64,000 bases of DNA from an uncultured Chloroflexia bacterium (GTDB taxonomy: Bacteria > Chloroflexota > Limnocylindria > QHBO01): positions 864,001 through 928,000 of the forward strand of contig CAWHAZ010000005.1 of NCBI GenBank assembly GCA_963827475.1, in the 5' to 3' direction. Below the pieces are notes generated by a model. It searched no databases and had not been told where the DNA came from. It saw only the letters and a list, made by a program, of their open reading frames with translations. The position numbers and the translations under genes are program-made. This document shows positions 31,317-43,337 of the stretch, in pieces. Every line of letters starts with the position of its first letter. Position 1 is the first letter of the stretch.

Positions 31317-32278
31317 CGGCGCGTTTCAGCTCCCGCTCGCACTCGGCGAGGACCTGCACCCGGGCGTCCGCAAGCGGCGCCGCGACCGTGCAGCCCGCCG
31401 CGCGGGCATGACCACCCCCGCCGAAGACCGATGCCACCGCCACCGCGTCGGCCACGTCCGTGGTGCGGATGCTGACCCGTGTGGCGTCGGGGCCGTGCTC
31501 CTTGAACAGCAGGACGATGTCCGCCTCCTTCGACAGGCTGAGGATGTCGATGAACCCCTCCGAAGCCTCCCGCGTGGCGCCGGTCTCGGTCAGCATGGCC
31601 TCGGTCATCGCGGCGTGGACGATGCGTCCTTCAGCGGCGAACCCCACCGTGCCCAGGATCCGGCCCCAGACCGCGATCGTGACGTTGGACTTCTCGGCGT
31701 AGATCTTGCGATTGATCTCCGACAGGGAGGCTCCGGCCTCGACCAGGGCGGCGGCCACCCGCAGGGTTCGCGGCGTGACGTTGGGGTGAGCGAAGGTGTG
31801 GGTGTCGTTCACCATGCCGGCCAGGAGGACCGTGGCCAGCTCCTGGTCCAGCTCGACGCCCAGGTCCGGTAGAAGCAGGGCGACCATCTCGCACGTCGAC
31901 GCGGCCTCGGCATCAACGTGGTTCACCGCGCCGAAGCCGGGATTGCTCACGTGGTGGTCGATGTTCACGATCCGCGCCCGCTCGAGCCATGCCCCATGGT
32001 CGGTGGCGATCGTTCCGGTCCGCGCCAGGTCGCCAGAATCGACGATCACCGCCACGTCCGGCTCGAACCCGGGCACGCTGGCGCACGTCCGCCACGCCGG
32101 GCAGGAATTGGAGGTAGGACGGGACGGGGTCCGCCATCACCACCTCGGTCGGGATACCGAGCCGCTCCCCCACCTTCCGGATGGCGAGCGCGGCCCCCAG
32201 GGTGTCCGCGTCGGGATTCTCATGACCGATGACCGTGAGCCGCTGCGCCCCGCGGATGGCGTCGACGACCTCCTTCAC
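31300..32278 (-). CDS. nrnA: DHH/DHHA1 oligoribonuclease/pAp phosphatase (NrnA-like); frameshift near 32075
   Basis: HENPDAD, NIDHH, GGGGHARAAG; lies between rbfA and truB. Confidence 0.9.
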
Positions 32279-32631
32279 TCCTCGTCGTCCTCGTCCGCAT
32301 CCAGGTCGTGCAGGATGCGCAGCACGTTGTCCCCGCTGGCGATGGAATCGTCGAAGCGGAACTCGAGGCGCGGGACCTTCCGGATGGTGAGCCTCTCGCC
32401 CAGCCGGTGCCGAAGCCAACCCGCGGCATCGGTCAGCGCTTTGATCGTCGTCCCCGAGTCCGCTTCTGGGCCGTACACGGACACCCACACCTGCGCCAGG
32501 GTCAGGTCGGGAGTGGTGTGGACCCGGGTGACGGTCGCGAAGCCGATGCGCGGATCGGCCATGTCTCGCTGGAAGATCTGCATCAGCTCGGCCCGGATCT
32601 GGCTGTCGAGCCGATCGGTGCGCTGGCTCAG
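32275..32631 (-). CDS. rbfA: Ribosome-binding factor A; probable CTG start
   Basis: [32 protein letters not shown]; follows infB. Confidence 0.96.
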   Translation of the reverse strand: MSQRTDRLDSQIRAELMQIFQRDMADPRIGFATVTRVHTTPDLTLAQVWVSVYGPEADSGTTIKALTDAAGWLRHRLGERLTIRKVPRLEFRFDDSIASGDNVLRILHDLDADEDDEE

Positions 32632-34515
32632 GCGGAACCCTCCGACACCATCTGGAAGCACTCGATGACGTCGCCTTCGGCGAACTCCGGCGATCCGGCA
32701 AGGCCGATGCCGCACTCGAAGCCCGAGGCCACTTCGCGGACGTCGTCCTTGAACCGACGCAGTGACTCGATCCGTGACTCGACGACGAGCTGCCCGCCGC
32801 GCATGAGCCGGGCCTGCCCACCGCGGACCATCTTTCCGTCGACGACATAGGAGCCGGCGATGGTGCCGGCCTTGCCCGCCTTGATCAGCTGCCGGACCTC
32901 CGCGTGGCCCTCGATCTGCTCGATCAGCTTCGGGGTCAGCAGGCCCTGCAGCGCGAGCTGGATGTCATCGGTCAGCTTGTAGATGACCTCGTACAGGCGG
33001 ACGTCCACCCCGGAGGCCTCGACCGCGCGCTCGGCGCCGGGATCGAGCTTGGTGTTGAAGCCGACGACCACCGCCTGGGAGGCGGCCGCGAGCAGGACGT
33101 CAGACTCGTTGATGTCGCCCGCCCCCTCGCTGAGGATGTTGATCCGGGTCTCGGTCGTGCTCAGGTTGTCGAGCGCATGGCGGATGGCGCCGAGCGAGCC
33201 CTGGACGTCGGTCTTGAGGATGACCCGCAGCTCCTGGACCTCCGAAGACTGGATCTGGGCGCTGAGCTCCTCGAGGCTGGCGGCGCCGGAGCTGGCGGCG
33301 TGGCGCTCCACGGCCTCGGCCGCGTCGCGGGCGGCCTTCTCGTCGGCAACGACCCGCAGCAGGTCGCCGGCCTCCGGCAGGTCCTGGAGGCCGAGGATCT
33401 CGACCGCGGTCGCCGGCTCGGCGGTCTTGACCCGCCGTCCTGCTGCCGTGACGAGGGCGCGCACCCGACCGAAGGTCTTGCCCACGGTCACGATGTCGCC
33501 GACCTTCAGCGTGCCGGTCTGGACCAGGACGGTGGCCACGTTGCCACGGCCCTTGTCGACCTTCGACTCGATGATCGTGCCGTACGCCTCGCGGTCGGGG
33601 TTGGCCTTCAGGTCCTGGAGGTCGGCCACCAGGCCAATGACCTCGAGCAGGTCATCGAGCCCGATCCGCTGCTTGGCGGAGACGGCTACCGACGGGATGT
33701 CGCCGCCGAACTCCTCGATCAGCACCCCGTTGTCGGCCAGCTCCTGCTTCACGCGGTCCGGGTTGGCATCGGGCTTGTCGATCTTGTTGATGGCGATGAT
33801 GAGAGGGACGCGGGCGGCGCGGACGTGGTCGATGGCCTCCTTGGTCTGGGGCATGACGCCGTCGTCGGCGGCGACCACGATGATCGCGATGTCGGTGACC
33901 TGCGCGCCACGTGCCCGCATGGCGGTGAACGCTTCGTGTCCGGGTGTGTCGAGGAAGACGATCCGCCGGTCGCCATGAACCGCCTCCGAGGCACCGATGT
34001 GCTGCGTGATCCCGCCGGATTCCCGTGACGCCACGGCCGTGTCGCGGATGGCGTCCAGCAGGCTCGTCTTGCCGTGGTCGACGTGGCCCATGATCGTGAC
34101 GATCGGGGCTCGGGTGACGAGGTTCGCGGGGTCATCCTCGCCCCACGGCGTGACCCGCACGCCGTCGTCCCCGATTGCTCCCGGCGCGACCAGGGCCGGC
34201 GCCGGCGCCTCGCCGTCAGCCGCGCCCTTGGCGACGAGCTCCATGCCCATCTCCGCCGCGACCAGGGACGCGGTGTCGTAGTCGATCGACTGGTTGATGG
34301 TGGCGAAGATCCCGTTCCGGATCAGCTCGCTGATCACGGCCGCGGTGCTGACGCCGAGGGCCGCGGCCAGGTCCTGGACGACGACGGTCTGGCCGACCTC
34401 CACCGGCCCGGTCGGGCGCGGCAGCGTGGCGGTCTCGGCGGCCGCGCTGCGCGGCCTCCCGCCGCTTCGGCGGCCGCGGCCCGCGGCGATTCTGGGTGTA
34501 CCTACGCGGAGGCAT
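32628..34515 (-). CDS. infB: Translation initiation factor IF-2, short N-terminus; apparent frameshift near 34450
   Basis: [45 protein letters not shown]; N-terminal [12 protein letters not shown] lies in another frame. Confidence 0.97.
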
Positions 34516-34747
34516 GGGTCACTCCGATGCCGAGCGCGCGGGCAATCGCCTTCTCGCGGGCTGGGTTGGCCTGGCAGGCGGGGTCCGCGCACACGTACGT
34601 GCCCCGGCCCGGCAGCCGGCCGCTGGCGTCCATCACCGCCTCGCCGTCCGCGGTGCGAACGACGCGCTGCATCTCCCGCTTCGGGCGCACGGTCCGGCAG
34701 ACCGCGCAGGTGCGCTGCGGCTGGTGATCAGGCCGGCGTTTCGGCAT
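34502..34747 (-). CDS. ylxR: YlxR-family RNA-binding protein
   Basis: PQRTCAVCR, KREMQRVVRT, GRGTYVC; between nusA and infB. Confidence 0.93.
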   Translation of the reverse strand: MPKRRPDHQPQRTCAVCRTVRPKREMQRVVRTADGEAVMDASGRLPGRGTYVCADPACQANPAREKAIARALGIGVTHASA

Positions 34748-35888
34748 CTTGCACGGCCTCCTCGACGCCAGCCTCGGCGCCGTCTTCGGCGCCATCCGCC
34801 GATGTATGCGCGCTGCGGGTGCCACCGGCCCCGGCCGCCGCCACGCCCGCGTCAGAACGGATGTCGATCCGCCAGCCGGTGAGCTTGGCCGCCAGCCGCG
34901 CGTTCTGGCCCTCGCGGCCGATGGCCAGCGACAGCTGGCGCTCGGGGACGATGACGTTGGCGATGCGGTGCTCCTCGTCGATGCGGACCTCGATGACCTC
35001 TGCCGGCGAGAGCGCCTCCGCCACGAACTGCGACGGATCCTCGTTCCACAGCACGACGTCGACCTTCTCCCCATTCAGCTCGGCGACGATCGCCTGGATC
35101 CGCGTCCCCCGCTGGCCGACGGCCGCGCCCTTGGCATCGACGCCGGGCTGGCGGGATTCGACCGCGACCTTCGAGCGGCTGCCGGCCTCGCGAGCGATGC
35201 CGCGGATGACGACCGACCCGTTGTAGATCTCGGGGATCTCCATCTCCATCAGGCGGCGCAGGAATCCGCGATGGGTGCGACTGACGACGAGTACCGGACC
35301 ACGCGTCGTCCGACGCACCTCGAGCACGAAGACCTTCAGGTGCTGACCGATGCGGTAGTGCTCCCCCGGCAGCTGTTCGCTGACCGAGAGCACCGCCTCC
35401 ACGCCGCGGCTCATGTCGAGCACGACCGCGGACTCGGTGGTGCGGGTCACGACCCCGGTCAGGATCTCCCCCTCTCGGCTCACGTACTGGTGGTAGACGA
35501 CGTCGCGCTCCGCCTCGCGGAGACGCTGGCGGTAGACCTGACCGGCGGTCTGGGCCGCGATCCGGCCGAGCTGGGCCTGGGTGACGTTCTCCGGCACGCG
35601 GACGCGGCCGCCGACCCCGACCCCCTCCTCGATCTCGACGGCTTCCGCGACCGTCTTCTGGAGCTCGGGGTCTTCCACTTCCTCGGCCCCGGCGACGACC
35701 TCGTACTCGCGGAAGACGCTGATCTCCCCGGTCTCCGGGTCGATCTTGACCACGACGTTCTCCGGCGCCTCGGCATTTCGTCGGTATGCCGATTCGATCG
35801 CCTGCTCGAGGGTCTGGAGCAGGATCTCCTGGGGAACGCCCTTCTCGGCGTTGAGCTGCAGCAGGGCGCCAATGAAGTCGCGGTTCAC
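34728..35888 (-). CDS. nusA: Transcription termination/antitermination factor NusA
   Basis: GRIAAQTA, AREAGSRSKVAV, VGQRGTRI, LSLAIGREGQNARLAAKLTGWRIDI; GGAGG before GTG at 35888. Confidence 0.98.
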   Translation of the reverse strand: MNRDFIGALLQLNAEKGVPQEILLQTLEQAIESAYRRNAEAPENVVVKIDPETGEISVFREYEVVAGAEEVEDPELQKTVAEAVEIEEGVGVGGRVRVPENVTQAQLGRIAAQTAGQVYRQRLREAERDVVYHQYVSREGEILTGVVTRTTESAVVLDMSRGVEAVLSVSEQLPGEHYRIGQHLKVFVLEVRRTTRGPVLVVSRTHRGFLRRLMEMEIPEIYNGSVVIRGIAREAGSRSKVAVESRQPGVDAKGAAVGQRGTRIQAIVAELNGEKVDVVLWNEDPSQFVAEALSPAEVIEVRIDEEHRIANVIVPERQLSLAIGREGQNARLAAKLTGWRIDIRSDAGVAAAGAGGTRSAHTSADGAEDGAEAGVEEAVQDAETPA

Positions 35889-35909
35889 GCTGGCACCTCC
35901 CTGCCGGAT

Positions 35910-35947
35910 CAATAACAGAACGTGGGTTGGCAGACCGACCCACGTTC
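35910..35947 (-). terminator. rimP-leader-like attenuator hairpin upstream of nusA
   Basis: Minus strand GAACGTGGGTCGG-TCTG-CCAACCCACGTTC followed by TGTTATT, downstream of a TGaTATACT promoter at 36000-36008. Confidence 0.7.
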
Positions 35948-35999
35948 CGAGTTCAAGTGCCTATCGGTTTGGCCCGCACCGGTCGCTAGACCGTTTCGG

Positions 36000-36008
36000 A
36001 GTATATCA
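36000..36008 (-). promoter_or_regulatory. Extended -10 promoter (TGnTATACT) of the nusA-infB operon
   Basis: Minus strand TGATATACT about 110 nt upstream of nusA; the same motif precedes rpsB and rplS. Confidence 0.65.
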
Positions 36009-36083
36009 GCGACCCCCGAAACCGCCAATTCCCCGCCTCGTTCGGCCGCTCCGGCACGGGCGGGGGCCCTGTGGCGTGCCGGC

Positions 36084-36644
36084 TCAGCCGGTCGAGCGCC
36101 TGGAGAAGAGCAGCCCGACGACCCCTACCAAACCTGCGAACGCGATCAGACCGACACCGCCCTGGAAATCGCCACCGAAGCTGGCCAGGATTCCCAAGAG
36201 ACCGATGAGGGCGGCACATCCGATGAAGCAACCGGTCCGGGCCTTGGTGGCGCCGGCGGGCGATAGCCCCGTCGTGAGGGCCCCGCATCGCCGGCACTCG
36301 TACCCGCCCTTCGTCGGGCTCCACCACTGCGCGAACAGGGGGCTCCCGCAGTGCTGGCAGACGGTGGGCGGCTGCGGGACTCCCGGTGATGGCGCGTCCG
36401 CGGGCGACCGAGGCCATGCGGTGCTGGCTTGGGCGGCGGGTGGAGGGAGCGGGACGGACGTCGGGATGGCATCGGGAATCGGTACGGCGTCCGCCTGGGC
36501 GGGCTCGTCGTCTTCGAGGACGGTGAACGCGGCGGCCGATGGGGCGTCGGCGGCGCGCGCCAGCCCGCAATTCGGGCACGCTTCGACGGAATCGTCTGCC
36601 GAGGTGAAGCAGCGCTTGCAGATCCATCGTCCCGGCGCGGCCAT
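36084..36644 (-). CDS. Hypothetical double zinc-ribbon membrane protein
   Basis: WICKRC..CPNC, Pro/Ala linker, CQHC..CRRC, two C-terminal TMs. Confidence 0.7.
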   Translation of the reverse strand: MAAPGRWICKRCFTSADDSVEACPNCGLARAADAPSAAAFTVLEDDEPAQADAVPIPDAIPTSVPLPPPAAQASTAWPRSPADAPSPGVPQPPTVCQHCGSPLFAQWWSPTKGGYECRRCGALTTGLSPAGATKARTGCFIGCAALIGLLGILASFGGDFQGGVGLIAFAGLVGVVGLLFSRRSTG

Positions 36645-36760
36645 CAGGGCAAACGCCGGGCGTCTAGAGCTGCCGGAACCGGGTCACGTCGACGGTCACA
36701 GGCTGCAGTCTGCGCCGGCGGTACCGCGCAGCGGACCAGGAAATCGCCGGTCAGCGCAGC

Positions 36761-36868
36761 CTATGACAGGGCGGAGGACAGGGATAAGACCACGTAGACC
36801 ATGACCCCGATCAGGATCGCCAACCCAATGGCGCCGAAAAGCAGGCGAGCCGCCAACTGACCGCTCAC
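36761..36868 (-). CDS. Possible 35-aa single-TM small protein (MSGQLAARLLFGAIGLAILIGVMVYVVLSLSSALS)
   Basis: Translated by hand; GTG 36868 to TAG 36761, purine-rich stretch abutting the start. Confidence 0.4.
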   Translation of the reverse strand: MSGQLAARLLFGAIGLAILIGVMVYVVLSLSSALS

Positions 36869-37123
36869 CTCCCTGGCAGGCGGGCGATGTCCCGGATCGA
36901 GATCAGTACCACGCACCCTCAGGATACCGATTCGAGCGTGCAGAACGTTCCCTGGCGTCCACGTTCACCCGGAAATCGATCCGCCAAGGGGTCCAGATTG
37001 GGTTACAGGGCGGGCTGCGCAGGGCACCGCATGGTCCTATTTTCGAGGCCGCCGCACTAGGCCAGTATGCGACTCCTTCCTATCGAGGGAAGTCCCGAAA
37101 GGGAGGTAAGAAGGAGGAATCTG

Positions 37124-37357
37124 ATGGTTAAATATGGTCCGATGGGATGGGTGATGGTGACGGTCGGCGTCTTCCTCGTCGTCCTTGGCCTCGTGCTGGG
37201 CGGGGCTACGTGGAACACCACCATTCTCATTGCCGTCCTTGGAATCGTTCTCGTCGGGGTCGGAGCGGTGATGGCAATCCGCGCTCGACGCCAGAGTCCG
37301 CCGGCGGCTGAGGGCGAGTCAGGTGCGACCGATTCCGCTAGCAGCAGCGGCGAGTAG
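37124..37357 (+). CDS. Small 2-TM hypothetical protein
   Basis: Strong AAGGAGG RBS, two hydrophobic helices. Confidence 0.7.
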   Translation: MVKYGPMGWVMVTVGVFLVVLGLVLGGATWNTTILIAVLGIVLVGVGAVMAIRARRQSPPAAEGESGATDSASSSGE

Positions 37358-37507
37358 AGCCGGCTCCCGACGCCCACCTCGGCTACCGCGGGTCCCGAGA
37401 GGTCGAATCGCCGCGAGCCCGGCGGCAGGAGCAGTCCGACGGAGGGCCTCAGGCCGGGGGGCGGGGCAGTGTACGGCCCGCCGAGTGGAGGCGCTCTCGT
37501 GCTCAGA

Positions 37508-38632
37508 TCAGGAGCCGGGCAGCCTCGCGATGTCCTGGATCGAGATCAGGATGACGAGGGCGATGAGGACCACGAAGCCTGTGAAGTAGATCAGGGCCTC
37601 GCGCTCGGCGGAGAGCTTGCGGCGGCGGATGGCCTCGATCAGCACGATCAGGACACGGCCACCGTCGAGCGGTGGGAATGGCAGCACGTTCAGCACGGCC
37701 AGGTTGATCGAGAGCAGGCCGACGAAGAACAGCTGGCTGACGAGTGGGGCGTCGAGCAGGCGACCGGTCTGCTGCGCGATCCCGATCGGGCCGGCCACGT
37801 CGCCGGTCGGCGGCGCGAGGCCGAGCATGCCGGCAATGGCTCGCACCAGTCCGCCGGGGATCTCGGCGGCGACACGGGCCGCGGTCGAGAAGCCCTGGGC
37901 CAGGGCATCGACCGGTCCATCGGCCAGCGGCGGCCCCATGACCACCTCGGCCGACTCCCATCCGAAACCGACCGCCCCCATTCCGGCCTGCTGCTGCTCC
38001 TCGGTGAGCACCCGTGGGGTCACTTCGACGTCGATCTGCTCCGTGCCGCGGGTCACCTGGAGGGTGACCGGCTCACCGGCCTGATCGCGGACGTACTCAG
38101 TCAGTTCGGCCGAGAGCTCGAACGTGCGGCCATCGGCTCCGGTGATCACGTCGCCCTCGAAGAGCAGCCCTTCGCCGGGGCTGTCCGCCTGGATGGAGGT
38201 GATCGTCACCGGGCCGTGGTACTCCGGCGTGGGCTGGGCGTAGGCCATCGCGAACAGGAGCCCGCCGACCACGAAGTTCATCAGCACCCCGGCCAGGAGC
38301 ACCGCCAGGCGAACCGGGATCCGGCGCCGGCTGAGGGCGCCATCCATGACCTTCTCGATGGCGGTGTCGGACAGGCCGCGCTCGCGGAGGCGCTCGACCT
38401 CGATCTCGCCATCCTCGCCGAGCATCTTCACGAAGCCGCCGAGCGGGATCGCGTTCAGGGAGTAGCGGGTTCCCCGGAAGACGACCGAGGCGATGCGCGG
38501 CGGGAACCCGACCCCGAACTCCTGGACGGCCACGCCCGACCACTTGGCGACCGCGAAGTGGCCAAGTTCGTGGACGAGCACGAGGATGACGATGATCGCG
38601 AGGAAGGCGACGATGGTGAGCAGGACGTCCAT
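37508..38632 (-). CDS. rseP: M50 intramembrane zinc protease with PDZ domain
   Basis: HELGH, IPLGGFVKM, LAGVLMN, NVLPFPPLDGG. Confidence 0.96.
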   Translation of the reverse strand: MDVLLTIVAFLAIIVILVLVHELGHFAVAKWSGVAVQEFGVGFPPRIASVVFRGTRYSLNAIPLGGFVKMLGEDGEIEVERLRERGLSDTAIEKVMDGALSRRRIPVRLAVLLAGVLMNFVVGGLLFAMAYAQPTPEYHGPVTITSIQADSPGEGLLFEGDVITGADGRTFELSAELTEYVRDQAGEPVTLQVTRGTEQIDVEVTPRVLTEEQQQAGMGAVGFGWESAEVVMGPPLADGPVDALAQGFSTAARVAAEIPGGLVRAIAGMLGLAPPTGDVAGPIGIAQQTGRLLDAPLVSQLFFVGLLSINLAVLNVLPFPPLDGGRVLIVLIEAIRRRKLSAEREALIYFTGFVVLIALVILISIQDIARLPGS

Positions 38633-39780
38633 CAGGCAGCCTCACCGATGCCGAGCTCGCCCTCGAGCGAACCGCGCACCTCCGCGTCAAGAGCGGCGAT
38701 CTCTTCCAGGCCGGGCTCGGCGTCGCTCCCCCATCGCCCGACCGCATGCTCGATGGTGGTCGCGATTCCCGGGAACGGGAGCGCACCGATCAGGAACGCG
38801 GAAATGGCCACTTCATCGGCCGCATTGAGCACCGTCCCGCGGTTGCCACCGGCCTCGGCGGCGGCGCGGACCGTGGCGTACGCCGGGAAGCGAGCCGGGA
38901 CCAGCGGAGCGAAGGTCAGCGGCTGCCAGTCCTCGGGCGCGGCGATCCGCGCGGGGCTCGGATGCCGTTCGGGGTACGACAGCGCGTACTGGATCGGGAG
39001 CCGCATGTCGGGCATGCCGAGCTGGGCCTTGAACGAGCCATCGACGAACTCCACCAGGGAGTGGACGATGCTGCCGGGGTGGAGCACGGCGTCGATTCTA
39101 GGGTAGGGCAGGTCGTACAGCCATTTGGCCTCGATGGCCTCGAACGCCTTGTTGACCAGGGTGGCGGAGTCGATCGTGATCTTTGGTCCCATCTGCCATG
39201 TCGGGTGGGCCAGGGCGTCGGCCGGCGTGACGTCCGCCAGCGTCGCGGGGTCCCGGTCGCGGAACGGGCCGCCGCTGGCGGTGAGGATCAGACGCGCAAC
39301 GTCCTCGATTCGTTCCCCGCGCAGGCATTGCCAGATGGCCGAGTGCTCGCTGTCGACCGGCCGCAGCCAATCCAGCGCGTCGTTCGTATCCGCGGGCAGG
39401 GCCGCGCGGACGAGGTGCCCGCCGGTGACCAGCGCCTCCTTGTTGGCGAGCGCCACCCGGCGTCCGGCGCGCAGCGCGGCGAGCACGGCGGGGAGGGCGG
39501 TCATTCCCGTGGTCGCCACGACCACGATGTCCACCCCGTCGGCCGTGGCCAGCTCCTCCAGGCCGCCGTTCGCCCAGCGAGCCCATTCCAGGTCCGGAAT
39601 GAGCCCCTCCGCGGCCCAGACCGATGTCTCCGGCCACTCCCGGACCTGCGCTTCGAACGCGTCGCCGGCGTGCCCCGCCGCGAGGGCGACCAGCCGATAT
39701 CGGTCAGGTGCCGCCCGGATCACCTCCAGGGCCTGGGTTCCAATCGAACCGGTCGAGCCGAGCAGGGCGATCCCGGTCAC
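38632..39780 (-). CDS. dxr: 1-deoxy-D-xylulose-5-phosphate reductoisomerase
   Basis: LGSTGSIG, LANKE, PVDSEHSAIWQ, LTASGGPF, HPTWQMGPKITIDSAT, NAADE. Confidence 0.98.
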   Translation of the reverse strand: MTGIALLGSTGSIGTQALEVIRAAPDRYRLVALAAGHAGDAFEAQVREWPETSVWAAEGLIPDLEWARWANGGLEELATADGVDIVVVATTGMTALPAVLAALRAGRRVALANKEALVTGGHLVRAALPADTNDALDWLRPVDSEHSAIWQCLRGERIEDVARLILTASGGPFRDRDPATLADVTPADALAHPTWQMGPKITIDSATLVNKAFEAIEAKWLYDLPYPRIDAVLHPGSIVHSLVEFVDGSFKAQLGMPDMRLPIQYALSYPERHPSPARIAAPEDWQPLTFAPLVPARFPAYATVRAAAEAGGNRGTVLNAADEVAISAFLIGALPFPGIATTIEHAVGRWGSDAEPGLEEIAALDAEVRGSLEGELGIGEAA

Positions 39781-40682
39781 GTCGTGACCCACATGCCCCC
39801 CAACACGACCGCGAAGACGACCAGGACCGGCGCCGCGAACAGCAGCGAGTCGATGCGGTCCAGCACCCCTCCGTGGCCGGGAATGATGTGGCCGGAGTCC
39901 TTTCGTCCGGCGGTTCGCTTCAGCATCGACTTGGCCAGGTCTCCCCGCTGGGCCACGGCGGCGGTGACCGCGCCGAGGACCAGGCCGATGAGCGGGCTGA
40001 GCCCAATGAGCAACCATCCCAGCCCGGCGCTGACCAGGCTCGCCACCACGATCCCGCCGACGTAGCCCTCGACCGTCTTGCCCGGGCTGACCTGGGCGTG
40101 GAGTTTGCGCTTCCCGACCGATCTGCCCACGAAGTACGCCCCGGTGTCGCAGCTCCAGACCAGCCCGAACAGGACGAACAGCCAGCCCGTCCCCGCGGCC
40201 CAGCCGAACTGCCCGAGGGGGGTGTCCGGGTCTCCCCCGAGTGGGCCCAGGTGACCGACCACCGCGAGCATGGGACCGAGCAGGCCGATCCAGGTCACCA
40301 CGAACACGGAGCCCATCCAGGACGACAGCCCGGCCTGGGGATCGGGGTGACGCAGGGCGGCCGCGGAGAGGCCGATGACGGCGAGGACGAGGATGACCAC
40401 CGGCAGGCCGAAGCGGAGGACGTCCGCCGACAACATCCCGCCGGGGTCGATCCCCACTTCGTGGAGGGTCAGCAGCACGGATCCGGCGACCAGGAGGCCG
40501 GCAAGCACTGTGGCCAGACGATGAACCGCGAAGCCGGCGGCCTGGAGCAGATCGGTCGCCTCCCACAGGGCGATGCCCACCACCAGGAATACTCCCAGGG
40601 ACAGCCATGGCTCGCGGAACCAGGCCACCGCCAGGACGAGGGGCCCCAGGACGAGGGCGGAAAGGACGCGAGTTCTCAGCAC
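39777..40682 (-). CDS. cdsA: Phosphatidate cytidylyltransferase
   Basis: DTGAYFVG, SPGKTVEG, GDL.KS.LKR, KDSG..IPGHGGVLDRIDS. Confidence 0.96.
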   Translation of the reverse strand: MLRTRVLSALVLGPLVLAVAWFREPWLSLGVFLVVGIALWEATDLLQAAGFAVHRLATVLAGLLVAGSVLLTLHEVGIDPGGMLSADVLRFGLPVVILVLAVIGLSAAALRHPDPQAGLSSWMGSVFVVTWIGLLGPMLAVVGHLGPLGGDPDTPLGQFGWAAGTGWLFVLFGLVWSCDTGAYFVGRSVGKRKLHAQVSPGKTVEGYVGGIVVASLVSAGLGWLLIGLSPLIGLVLGAVTAAVAQRGDLAKSMLKRTAGRKDSGHIIPGHGGVLDRIDSLLFAAPVLVVFAVVLGGMWVTT

Positions 40683-40700
40683 GGCGTGGTCATCGGTCTT

Positions 40701-42697
<1,997 letters not shown>

Positions 42698-42701
<4 letters not shown>

Positions 42702-43336
42702 GCTGCCGGCGACGCCTCTTCCTCGTCGGTCGTGCTCTCCCCCACCGCCATCCGCGCGAAGCGAGCGACCCGGATGTTCTCGCCGAGGGTGGCGATCTTG
42801 TCGGTGATGAGCTCCCCGATACGCCGATCCGTGTCGCGGTACGGCAGCTCGAGGAGGCACACCGACTCGAACCACTTGTCGAGCTTGCCCTGGACGATGT
42901 CCTCGACCCGATCCGCCGGCTTGCCGCTGGCCGCCGCCTCGTCGGCGAACTTCGCACGCTGCTCGGCGACCGTGTCGGCGGGCACGTCCTCGCGCGCGAC
43001 CCACTTCGGGGAGAGCCCGGCGACCTGCATCGCGAGCTCGCGGGCAAGCTGCTGGAAGTCGTCGGTGCGGGCCACGAAATCGGTCTCGCAGTTGAGCTCG
43101 AGCAGGACGCCGAGTCGCGAGCCGTGGTGGATGTACGACGCGATCACGCCCTCGCGGGCCTCGCGGCTCGCCTTGTCCCGGGCCGTCGCGAGACCCTGCT
43201 CGCGCAGGTAGGCGACCGCCGCCTCGACGTCGCCGCCGGAGGCCTCCAGGGCACGCTTGCAGTCCATCACTCCCGCGCCCGTGCGGTCGCGGAGAGCCTT
43301 GATCTCAGCCGGGCTGATCATCGGGGTGGTGCCCAT
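42698..43336 (-). CDS. tsf: Elongation factor Ts (short form)
   Basis: IKALRDRTGAGVMDCKRAL, ELNCETDFVA, GENIRVARF. Confidence 0.98.
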
Positions 43337-43337
43337 G

